Shown: piece by piece, positions 51,801-63,970 of the stretch | Position numbering within the stretch: position 1 is the stretch's first letter | How the letters are laid out: every line of letters starts with the position of its first letter | DNA from: Thalia democratica | Lineage: Eukaryota | NCBI GenBank assembly: GCA_965202585.1 | Contig: OZ241826.1 | Span: 28,148,001 to 28,212,000, forward strand | Reading direction: 5' to 3' | Length of the DNA stretch: 64,000 nucleotides | Made by a program: the position numbers and the translations under genes | Notes under the pieces: model-generated | The model's database searches: none | What the model was told of the DNA's origin: nothing | Seen by the model: only the letters and a program-made list of their open reading frames with translations

Positions 51801-53519
51801 AATATTAAAATTTCTATGTAGCTCAAATGTATTGGAGGCAAAAATTATTAACGGGTGCAACTGGTATTTGCAACTTTCAACTATAAGAGTGTAAATAGAA
51901 AAAAGCAATATTTGTGAAAAAGGATAGCTCCTTTTGGTGAAAACCAGTTAGAAAACTTTTGAACAGTAATAAAAACTATACTTTACAACGTTTTTATACA
52001 AGTACTAAAAAACAAAAACCTAAACTTATGACAAATTTGCAATATTTATGATACTTTTGCACACTTAGTCACGGCTCAAAAATACTCAAGAATTAAATAA
52101 TTAAAACTATTTTAAAATTAAAATTTTATTTAAGCAACATAATACTATAAGTTACTAGTATTAAAAAAATATAATAGACTAAAACATTAAATATTTTATG
52201 ATAAACAGTCACCCGAGTTTGGAACCCATTTGAGTGCATTAATTACAAAAAAAAAATTAAGCAACTATTAAACATTTAAATAAGGCATAACTCATTCATT
52301 ATTGAATAAAAAACTAACAATAACACACATAACAAACATTGGTTATCAATTTAAAATAAGTTATTTACTGCATAATATATTTTTTAATCGACAAAAAATG
52401 TTACTTTTAACAATAAACATACTGACTTTAAAGTAGATTATTAAGTAAAATTACTTTAGATTAAAAAACAACAACAACATTAAAAAGAGAAACAGAACTT
52501 AAAAAGAAAGAGATGAAAACTCATATTTTCTTTAAATTATTTTAATACAATGAACTCTAGCAGATTGTTATTAATACAACTATAAAATAACTCAAAATTA
52601 TCACGAATAAAATAAATTTTACTTTTTCTTTATTAACTTTTGTTGGTTTACGAAATTACAAGTATACTTTAAAGTTTATTATTACCAGTACAAATTTACG
52701 AGTTACACTAATCTTTTAGAATTTTATAAATAATAGTTATAAGTATTTAGACACTACTATTTGTTTTGTTCTATACTTATTACGGTATACCTTAAAACCA
52801 TACAAAAGATCTAAAAAAACTATATTTACTATTTTTTTTTTGACAAATGCTTTTAAAGCAGTAAGTATAAAAACTATAGTGAGAGAGTTAAAAACAATGT
52901 AAACTGAGGACTATTAAAGAGAGACTCTTTTTTTCTCATAAGGGCGGTGAGCTGTTAGCTAATAACAAATTTATCACTTATTATAACACTATTAGGAGAT
53001 GTTGAGAAATATTAATCCAGGTTTATACTTTTTTTTCGTACTTAAAAAAGCTAATTATGATTAAGTAATAGTTTGTTTTGACTAGTGTTAGTATATATGT
53101 TTTTTTAATACTTATATTAAATATTTATAGTTATAAGACAATCTAGTCAACCTATTAAAGTATTAAGCTAAATTTATTAGCTAGTTTTCCACAAAGTTTA
53201 TTTTACACAATCTATGTAATATATAAGCTTTTGTTAAAAACATAAGTGTCAAGTAGCTCAAGTAAGGCGATTCCAAATTAAATTAAACAGGAATATTATA
53301 ACTTTTGATTATTAACTAATAAAAATAAAATTCAAAAATTTATTTACAATACTTATATTTTAATTTTAAGCTTAATATTTTGTGAGCCTAGTCTTTAGAT
53401 ACATTCATATTCATTATGAAGCAAATTTTTATTTAATACAAAAAGATATATTAAATTTTGATTGTTTTGTTTTGAAACTAAATCTTTTGACAGCTGTCTC
53501 TTTCAGTTCAGTTGGCAAC

Positions 53520-54461
53520 ACTAACACAGAATTTCTTGACGTCTCCCTGGACCTATCCCTAAAAACCTACAGTCCCTACCGTAAACCTAATTCCAAAACT
53601 AGCTACATCAACAACAATTCCAACCATCCTAAAAATATACGTAACAATATACCAAAAATGATTGAAAAAAGATTATGCAAACTATCTAAAAATGAAGAAA
53701 TTTTTAATAACATCAAAGGCTTATACCAAAATGCATTAAATAAAAGTAATTTTAAATATAGTTTAACCTACAAACAATTTAATAATACAAATATTAACAA
53801 AATTAGAAAAAGAAATTGCATTTGTTACAATCCCCCCTTTTGTAAATCTGTACAGACTAAAATTGGCAAACTTTTCCTGGATTTAGTAGATAAACATTTT
53901 AAGAAAGACACCATCTATCACAAAATAATCAACAGAAATTCTATAAAAATATCATACTGCTGCACACCAAATATTATGGCCCTTATAAATTCCCACAACA
54001 AAAAACTCACGAAAAAATCAGATAAAAACGAAAAACTTTGTAATTGTAGAATAAAAACAAACTGCCCCGTGGATAACAAGTGTTGCCTAAGTAATGTAAT
54101 ATATCAAGCTAAAGTCTCCACATCCGTAAATGACCACAAGATTTATATTGGTTCAACCACAAGAACATTTAAGTCTAGATATAATGAACACAAAACCTCT
54201 TTCCCAAAACCTTTTAAAAGCAAACCCAAAAATTGTACCAAACTTGCAAATCACCTATGGGATCTATACAGTAACCATATAAAATACTCAATTGAATGGA
54301 AAATAGTAGAATCAGTAAAATCTAACACAAACCATACTAACATGTGCACTTTATGTAACCTAGAAAGACTCCATATAGCCCTAGCAGATAAGAGAAAAAC
54401 CTTAAACAAGAGAAACGAACTGATAACCCAATGCCCACATTACTTAAATGAATATTTATAA
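53520..54461 (+). mobile_element. 5'-truncated Penelope-like retroelement (RT thumb + GIY-YIG endonuclease)
   Basis: FLDV.L.L..KTYSPYRKP..SYINNNSNHP (thumb); CNCRIKTNCP..KC linker; VIYQAKV...YIGSTTRTFKSRYNEH (GIY-YIG); terminal C..C..E...H.C.H. About 310 codons without a stop. Confidence 0.9.
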
Positions 54462-57400
54462 TTTATATCTCACATAGGTATCAATTTTATTAAGATTTTT
54501 TATTATTTGTGCATATATCATAATATTATTCCCATTCTCAGTCTTAAAATATTAAAACTATTTTATTTTTTTCAAGTCTGTTTATTAGTTAAATATATTT
54601 CATTAAGATATAAGATAAATTGTGCATACCCTATAATATACCCATTTCCAGTTGTAAATCATAATTGTTGGAGAATTAGTATATATATATATTTTCTGGA
54701 GTTGAATTATTAGTAGTTTATACTCTCTTTGATTATCTCTCAACTAAATATATTTAATTTTTTATCTTGTTTTTTAAATTTAACATCTGAAATCTAACCC
54801 TCATTCTATTTTTCGCTTATCTAAAATTTTTCACAAAAAGCCATTTTATTCTTTGTCATCATAATACAACTGTGTTAACAACAACAATGCTTTCAAAAAT
54901 TTTTTTTTAATGCTTACTCCCTTGTTTTATTTTGAACATTATTACATTATTAATTTATTATTAGAACTGTGTGCTTAATAATATGTATTTACTACTCCAT
55001 AACTTTTAACTCTGTAAAAGTTATTATCTCTTTAAATCTATTAGATATCAATACCCCACAGTATACTATGGTTTAATTGTATTGTTTGTAGACTATATTT
55101 TGATATTTTTTAAATTAAAGGTTGTTTTGCATTAGAATAATATAATTCTTAAGTTATTTTTTAATTTTTTTGTATATAAACTTAACTCAAACCAATTTTT
55201 AAAGATTTGTCATTTTTAACATTATTATTTTACTACAGATTTACAATTTGAAAATCCGCTCTGCGGTGAAACTGAGTAATTGTAGATCAAACGATTTGGC
55301 AAAGCTGAAAAAAATATGTCCAATTTTTCGATTTTTTTTAGATTTTAAATACCTGATAAACTTCAATTCAATTTTAATTTTGTTTTAACTGATATTAGTC
55401 TATATTGAAATGATAAAGGTAGCTTGAAATAATGGGAGGCAAAAAAAAAACGGTTTGAATAATTTTGCGCAATTTTCAGTAATAAAATAAAGATAGAAAA
55501 AAGAGAATTTTTTAAATTTGAGAGCTCCGGTTTGAATGAAACCGTTGGAAAAATAGCTGAACTGTAATAAAAGTTTTATTTAAAGTATTGTCACTGCAAG
55601 TGGAAAAGTTTTATTAACATTCAAACTTATGACAAATTCGTAATACTTATGACATGTTTGTGTAATTATTTGCCACTCTAAAAAAACTTACTTTATCCGT
55701 AAAATTAAACATTTTAAGTGTTTTAAATACTGCTAATACATTATAAAAGTTTAATTTTTGTAGCTTTGAATTACAAAAAACCTTTATAAGAGGACATTCT
55801 TTGGGTTTTATTTTAAGTATTATCAGTATTTAGGACGCATAAGAGCGCATATATTAAAACATTTGTATTGTGTATTTGTATAATTTTACCATTAGACTTT
55901 ATCGAGTATAATATAAACAAACTAAGAATAAGTTTATGTGTTTTGAAATTACTTAACATTTGTAATAATAAAGATAAAGTGAAAGAGGTTTTTTTATTAA
56001 CACAATTTACTTACTGCACAATAAAGATTTCAATACACATAAAAATGGTATCAACAATAAAAATACTGAACTTAAAAGCTTAGTAAATTTCTTTACATAA
56101 GTTAGTTAATGTAAAAAGTATATATAATGAGAACTTATTTTAAACTTTTTAAATTTCGGTTTTTTAACTGTGTTCTTTATTTTTAATCCATACAACAACA
56201 TATTTGTAAAACAATAAAAGTAAAAATATGTGTATAAATAATGTATATATTAGTTAAGATAGACTATTAAATATTATATTTAAATAAAAATAAACTAACT
56301 TAGAATACTAATATTGTATACATTTTTTCTTGCTAACTTTTTTAGCATTAACGGTATTCTAGTGTTTTTTATGTTTAACGTTGATATTCATGGTTCGAAT
56401 GTTATAACGGTTTTAAATTTTTTGTAAAATGTTTTGAAATAAACATTTAGCAATACTTTTTAGTATAAATTTCGTTTAAATATATGTCAAAATAGTCTTA
56501 AATGTTTTTTTAAAGTTGTTTGTACACTTGAACTTTTTGTTTGAATTTTTTTTGATAGTAGTAAAAATGCATTTGTACTCTAATTAGAGAGTTGGACTCT
56601 TTTTATTTTTAAGGCAGTAAAAAGTTTTAGCTAATAATTTATCAAGTACTTTTTATTATATTATTTGCGTAGCACTATGTTCAAAAATATAGTGCAAGGT
56701 TTATATTTGTTACACTTTTTTTATTAAACCTAGTTATAACAGTGTTTGTCTATAATACAGTTAGGACTAAAAACAAACAAGAACCTATATATATTTTTAT
56801 TTTTATATCTTTGTTATAACTGTTGTCTGCTTTAAATGTTTAAATAATTACAATAAATATTTCAACTAAGAAGGTAACTTAGTTTAACTACTAACTTGTT
56901 AGAAAATTTTTTAGTAGTTTGTTTTACACAAACATATTTAACATTATCGAGCATCACTTAAAGTGAATTATTAACATCGAAAACTTTATAACAAATAAAG
57001 ACATTTATTATAAACTAAATAGTGATTCTCTTTTTCAATTTAGTTTTGTTTATACAGATCAACTTCGCTCCAACTACTACGCTGGAATAAACAACCAGAG
57101 ATGTGAGTTTGAGCTTGATTATTTTATTAATTTATATGTAATTTAACTGAGTTAAATTTTCAAACAACAACGACTATCCTAAATGTTCTGGATGGACCGA
57201 GTTCGATCCGTTTATAGCAGATTTAGGTAGGTATAACGAAAACATATGAAAGTCTAAAAATACTGAAGTAGCATATATTTTTTACTAATAAATTGTATAT
57301 GAAACAATAAGGCTCACTTTAAAGTTCAATGCTTCATGTACTTTTATAAAGTTTTTAATCAATTATTGGTGCTGTAATTTTTGACTAAAACATTAAATTT

Positions 57401-60347
57401 TTTTCGACTTAAAGCAAAAGTTTTTGGTGTATTGCTTTTAACAGACATCAATTAAAGTTGCTTGTGTTTTCTTTTAAAGTAGAGCTACAATTAAAAAAAT
57501 ATTTATTTAGTTTATAAATATATATACTAGATTTTATTCTTTATTGATAAACAACCATTTTCAAAGCGTTTAATTTTTTGAAAACTAACATCATATCTCT
57601 AAAACTTTACTTTTCAAACAGATAAATACTTTGCAAATTGCTCTTTTATTTACCAACAAACTTGTTTTTTCAGTTGTTTAAAAACAAAGATTATTTGCAA
57701 TAAATAATGTTTAAAGATTTATTTCATTTGCAATTGCTAGATATAAAAAACAGTTGTTTGCGGCAGCGCTGCAATAAAATGCTTAAAAATTTATGATTTT
57801 TAGTTTACATTTTAAAATTTACATTAGATTTAGGCTATCAACTTAATAATCAGTTAATGTTTTTTAGTTCCTTATGACCTGTTAAACAATCAGTTAGAAC
57901 GATACTATTACCCAGATGAATGGACCCTTGTATATGAGGCTAGTTTATATACATTATACACCAACTAATTAAATTTGTTTCAATTTGCTCCATTTTCTTA
58001 AAATTTCTTTTAGTGGTCATAAAAATTAATTGTAACATATATTTTTGACTTTACTTCTAGTTTTCAAACTTTATTACAAAAGTTGAATAAAAGGTCAAAT
58101 GAATTATTGACATTCATTTAGGGTTAAATGAAAATAAAGACTTGATATTATTAAATGTAAATCGCAATACAGTTAGTAGTTTGATTTGTTTTAAATAATT
58201 AGATTTCATAAACCATATAGTTAATAAATACATTCGTAGTAGAAATATACACAATGTTCTTGTTTAAAGCACACATTTTTTTAAAACTTGCTTTGGATTG
58301 CTGTCTTAAACCTATTTTTCAACACAAATCATGTTCATACAAAAAAGTTAAAAATTAAACATATTTTCCAATTTTTTTTCAAATGAATGTTTTTAACTTT
58401 AATTTTTTATTAGTTAACAAAAGCTAAGGTATCGACTTAAAATGAGCACCACGTCGCCGTATTGTCCTTAACAAAGTTAGATTCTTGCTGTTAGATGTAG
58501 CGCAATTTAGTAAACCTCTAGTTGCTAAATCTTTGATGTACACATAAATATCTATAAACTTCTATCTGCTCATTGTTAAGCTTATGTTTTTAATCGCTAC
58601 CACATATTGATATTTTTCCATCACTAAAGCTACTTTTTTTACATATAACTAAATTTACTAGATTTTTAACTTTTAAGAGCTTTCAAACAGATTATCTGGT
58701 GTTAAATGAAAACATTTTAGATAGTAAAGTTTTAGCATTCCTAAGTAGAACTTATTGTGACACTACACCTAACTTGAGAAATTTTTCGAGGCACGAAGTA
58801 AAAACTGAACAAATTGAAAGTATTGTACTTTGAACTGTTTCGTTTTTAAAAGACTCAGCTTATTTTTATCGATTTTTAGTCAAAACTCATTTTCCTAAAA
58901 TTTGCTAAAAAACATTATCTATAAGTTTTTTAAAGTATGTTCGTCTTTTTACGCTTGTGTCTTTATAAGCTCAGTTATTTTTAAGTGAACATTATAAAGT
59001 TCATGTTTGCCTTAATTTTTAACTTTATTAGAGAAAATTTGATGAAAGCTTCTAATTTTAGATAAAGCAGCTTTTTCTAAACAATGGATCAGGTTTACTA
59101 GATATAAATTATTTGGGCCGCAGCGTTTTATATATTTGTGCATAAAACTGACTCTTCTTGTTTAACTACCAAAAAAATCATCATATATTTATGTTAAAAT
59201 TAGAAATACAATAGTATTTTCTTTTATTTTTCTTCAAATCCTTCACTCTTATCTTAAGTTTCTTTCTATTCTTCTTAAAATGAAGTACAGTTAATTTATT
59301 AAACATAAACAGTACGTTTTACATCGAAATATGATGAACGGATTTTTAAATTTTTAGATCTTAGTTAGTAAAAAGTAAATTTTTTTGACATAGGTTTGTG
59401 CTACACTCGTTTCTTTATGATATATTTTTGCAGTTGGTTTGTGAACAAGTCATAAAACTGGTCTTTTTTTCACTTGGCTTAGTGTAATGTATAAAGCTTG
59501 TAGACTGTTCATATTTATCTTACATGACGAAAATATAGCAAACTCATTCATTTCTTGTTTGCAACTACTCAAATTTAGACCTCTTATCCAATATATTTAT
59601 AAATATAAACTTAAAGTTTAGTTCGTTTCTGTATTTCAAGCTTGAGTTAATGAAAACAAAAGTAAAAGTTTTATAGAAACTATTTTTCTGCATTTTAAGC
59701 AATTTTTAAAAAGCTATAAAATTAATTTTAACTCATTTGATGTATTATTAAAATAGTACTTACAAAACTGTTTAAAGCAATTTTAGATTGATTTTCTCAT
59801 AAACATTAACAAATTTCGAGCTTTAAAACTGTAGCAATGCATATCTTCTACAAAAATCCAAAACTATTAATTAATTGTTTATTTTATCTTACAAAGATTA
59901 AAAACCATTTAATAAAGTTTGCAAACTGTTGCGAATATTTGAGAACTATAAAGTTTCAAAATAAATTACATTTGTGTATTAAAGTGTTGAAAATTTGTTT
60001 TTAAAATAAATTTAAGAAAACTATTAAAATACTTTAAATTAGTTTCCAAATAAACTGAAGGCTTTATAACTTACATACTTAATAAATGCCGAAAACAACT
60101 ACAAAAATCTCAACTTCTAGAAGAGAATTAATATAGTTTATTCTCTCAAGACTTTAATTAGTAAACTAAGTTTCTGTCAAAGACCTCGTCAGAATTAAAT
60201 TTGAATAATTATAGAGGTACTGACAACTGTAATTATAGAGGTCGTAGACCGAAACTTAGCTTACTAATCAAAGTCTTGAAAGAAAACAAACTATAATAAA
60301 TTCAGTTTAAATTTTCACCAAGTTTTATACTGATAAAAAACTTGCAG

Positions 60348-61192
60348 GAAGCCAAAAGAAATGTGCATGCAAATTTGACCGAGATTCCAATTTATCAGGT
60401 CAACAAGCCAGCTCAAACGGCAGGCTATGGTAACTCTGTTGGACCAGCACACATAGGAAGCTATGGGCATTTTAACCAACCAGCCCAAAACTGTAGAAGA
60501 CCAATTCAGACGGGAGCAAACTTTAATCAACCAGGGCAGACACCAAGCTTTGGGCGTCTCAACCAACCAGGATTGGCAAGCTACGGTAATTTTATTGGAC
60601 AGGCTAGCTATGGCTACTTTAACGGACAAGCCCGAATAACAAACTGGTTGGCACAACCAGGGCATAATAGAGGCGATGGACAGACCAACGGACCAGCTCA
60701 ATTGGGTAGCCATGCGCATTTTAGAGGTCCATCTTCGACAACTACTAACAAAAATTTTAATGGACCGGCTCACATAGGAAGCTATGGGCAGTTTAACAGT
60801 CCAATTCGTATGGCAAACCCTGGAAAATTCCACCACCAGACTGCTCAGGTAGAGGCCTATGGACAGTCTGGTCCACCAGCCCAAGCGGGAATCCCTGGAC
60901 AACAAAAGCTGACCAGTAGACAGCAACCAGCACGTCTAAGGTTCACTGGACAACAACTATTTCTGAACAGTGAACCTCAACAACCAGCAAGATTTCTGAA
61001 CAGTGAACCTCAACAACAAGCAAGGTTCCTGAACAGTGAACCTCGTCATCGTTTAACCGCCGCAAACTTACCAAGGCAAGCAGCAAATGCAGCGAGCAAT
61101 GGACAACAGCGACACCCACCACGTTTACTGACCAGTGGACGGCACCATCCTTATTCACGACCAGGACAAGCGAGGTACGCTAACGCTAGAAA
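60348..61192 (+). CDS. Homeobox gene B, large low-complexity exon ending in RHHPY...ARK
   Basis: Acceptor tactgataaaaaacttgcag|GAA; donor AA|GTAAGC, whose TAA is the ORF-track stop. 845 nt, phase 0 to phase 2. Confidence 0.85.
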
Positions 61193-62112
61193 GTAAGCTG
61201 TTTGTATTATAATTTAACAAGGTTATTACTATTTTTTAGATAGAAAGTTTAAATATTCTGCTATATTAAAAAATACTCGTATAAAGAAAGCATATATGAT
61301 TTTTCTAAGAATTCGATAGTTAGTTTAGAATGTGTTATTTTTAAAATTATTTAAATTTAATATCTTTTTATCAAACAAATTCAACAATCAAACTAGTACA
61401 TAATTACTGTAATTGTTATTAAATCCTGTTAAACTACGCTGCATCAATATATAAAAATTCAAAAACACAAGATGTATTTAAAATTTTACAAAAGCTACTT
61501 ATTATAGAAGTTGTTCTTTTATTTAAAAAAACAATAGAGTACTTTGTAGTAATTCAGTACAATGTATTTGCTACCTTTTTTTACTATACTTTGTCTCATT
61601 CCCTTTTTAAACCTTGTAAAACTATTTGGCTTGAGTATTTTATAATCTTTTTTATAACTAAATTATTATACATCACGTACATTTGCTCACTCAATTATTT
61701 TGTAAGATATTATGGACGAAACTAACACTTCCCCATTATTTAGCAAAGGTGGTCAGTCTTTCTGTAAGAGAAAAGAGGGGAGTCTCTTAGAGTCTAAACT
61801 CAGCTTTTAATTTTTGATCAGTTATAAAATTAATTCGACTTTACATAAACTATGAACATATTTTTTTTTAATTGCAATTTTTTAATACACTTTATTCAAT
61901 TACTGACTACTTTAACAAAAAAAATTTTTGTAAAGTTTTAAGCTGTTCACAGTTTCAAAGTCATATCGAACCAAATTATATTTTTAATACTAATTGTTTG
62001 ATTAGAACTAGTTTTAAGTTTTAAAAGTAGTTTAACACTTTTTAAACAATTTCAAGGATGAATTTTATTTTTAATGTAAACTTAAAATTTAAGTTAAAAA
62101 TTTATCAAACAG

Positions 62113-62254
62113 ACTAATAAGACTGAGGTTTGAAAAGTGGCAGCTTTTAGTTCTGCACAGCTACATGATGTGTTACAACTTGAAATTATGGAAATGTGAG
62201 GACAAGAAGTTACTGGCGAAAGCACTAGGTGTCGTGAATGTCGTGAAAATTGAG
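62113..62254 (+). CDS. Homeobox gene B, helix 1-2 exon (LIRLRFEKWQLLVLHSYMMCYNLKLWKCEDKKLLAKALGVVNVVKIE)
   Basis: aaacag|A...GAG|gtaag; 142 nt, identical length to the gene A exon. Confidence 0.9.
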
Positions 62255-62797
62255 GTAAGAAGTTGTATGCTTGAGTGTATATAGACGTAAATATGGTAAA
62301 ACCATTTATTTAAACTTTATGTACAAATCCATTTCTAGTTGAATAGTCAAACAAACAATATTCTTAGAACCTCTAGTGTAAAAAAAATGATTTGATCACT
62401 TTTAAGTTTATTAAAATTTACTACGCTTATTACCAATCAAATAATCTTTTTAACTCAGCTGTTTTTAATACCAAAGTTCTAAAAGTTTAGTAAAAATTTT
62501 GCACATTTAATAAAAAACGAATATACTTCTAATTATACTAGAAATAAAGTTGCTTTTATTTTAGAAGCGTTTTTTTTTGTTTATAGCCTAGTACTCTCCT
62601 AAAATAAGTTAGGAAAAATTGAGATAGGGCTTAACTTAAAATCAGTGTGTTTAGCATATCTGATTTAATATACAATAAATACATTGTGGTTTTTTATTTC
62701 TTTTGGTTTACTATTTAAACCACAAATTTAAAATGGTGGTTTATAATTTTATCACCTAAAACTTTGTACAAATTTACTCTTCTGTTATGATTTATAG

Positions 62798-62885
62798 AGA
62801 TGGGTGAGCAATCGTAGGAGAAAATTCAGGGATATTTGTGTGAACCGCACCACTGATGAGCTGGTGAAGGAGTATCTGCCTTTAG
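62798..62885 (+). CDS. Homeobox gene B, helix-3 exon (RWVSNRRRKFRDICVNRTTDELVKEYLPL)
   Basis: tttatag|AGA TGG GTG AGC AAT CGT AGG...TTA G|gtgagt; 88 nt. W48, N51 and R53 are in register after the phase-0 intron. Confidence 0.9.
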
Positions 62886-63201
62886 GTGAGTATTTATTTT
62901 CATTACCATAGTTAATATATCAATACAAAGCTTAATGTTTTCCATAAAACTTTTTTTTTTTAATTTAACCATTAAGCTTTTCATGTTCTATTTCTTGTTA
63001 TATTTAAATCTATTTCTTAGTGTCTTGATACGAACCAAGCAACGTCTTAAATAATAACAAAAATACATTTCACCATCTTTAAATTTTTAAACATACTCAA
63101 GTATATATAAATAAATTACTCTGAGTACTAAATACTTAGTTGCATCTTATATACTAACAAGTCTCACTTATTTATAAAACATTTTTTTTAACTTTCCACA
63201 G

Positions 63202-63259
63202 GTCATTGTCTGAATTTTCTATTCCAAAATTAACCCTAATAAATCGAAACAATTTGAAG
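63202..63259 (+). CDS. Homeobox gene B, probable last coding exon (GHCLNFLFQN*, stop 63231-63233)
   Basis: ttccacag|GTCATTG...TTGAAG|gttag; 58 nt as in gene A. The three differences before the stop are all synonymous in this frame. A further conserved acceptor opens an exon at 63356 (44280 in A). Confidence 0.6.
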
Positions 63260-63966
63260 GTTAGATTTTGTTTGTAGTTAAGATTACTTTTTTTTATTAT
63301 TGGTTTTAATATCTTTTTCATGTACTTAATACATTACTGAAAAATTTATTTACAGAAGCTGAGAGATACACACTAAAATCTAGTCACAATCAAATTTAAC
63401 CTGAAACAGTTTAAGAGTTACAATTAGGCGATCACGTCATTTGTAATAATATTAAACTTTAATGTTTATTTCAATAAAATATAAAAATGTCATTTACAAC
63501 TAAAACTTACTCCTATTTCAATCTTCATTAATAATGATTTAAACGTTATGCAGCTTGTTATAATTAACTTAAAAATTATCAAATTTCATCAAATTAAAAT
63601 GTTTTTAATTCAACTTATTAATTTTATTTGTGTGCTTAGCATTGGTTGATCGTTTTACTTTTTGTGATTTTTTTCTTCAGTTAGAATAAATTTTTAAACA
63701 GGATACTCCTCTAGTTATATTAATATAAAAAGTTTTGAAGCAAGTTAATTAAAATCTAGACTATAAGTAAAACTTTAAAATATTAAAAAAAAATCTCGAC
63801 TTGTTTCCTAAATTTTAAGTCAACATCTAGGAGTTATTGATAAACTAATATTAAAAGACTGTAGAATGCTTTTTATATGTGTTTAGATATTTTTCAGTGT
63901 TTAATGTTATTTTACTTATAGTAAGTTACTTTTACCTTTAGTTTAATCAATCCCAAATTAATCTGT

Positions 63967-63970
<4 letters not shown>

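Noticed and set aside
53382-53519. N-terminal part of the 359-aa ORF
   Set aside because: AT-rich flank with a GTG start; Penelope similarity begins only near FLDV (~53530).
317-56083. Numerous 60-125 aa AT-rich ORFs (e.g. 317, 6814, 10904, 25314, 38923, 54507, 55868)
   Set aside because: Composition-driven F/L/I/K/N-rich frames, not conserved between duplicated blocks.
61194-61196. ORF-track stops of the Q/G-rich proteins (also 46151-46153) as true termini
   Set aside because: Both fall in GTAAG donors whose phase matches downstream conserved homeobox exons.
62113-62885. Assignment to the TALE class because of three extra residues
   Set aside because: No PYP motif, the insertions appear split between two loops, and the 46/47 intron points towards PRD ancestry. 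Class is left unassigned.
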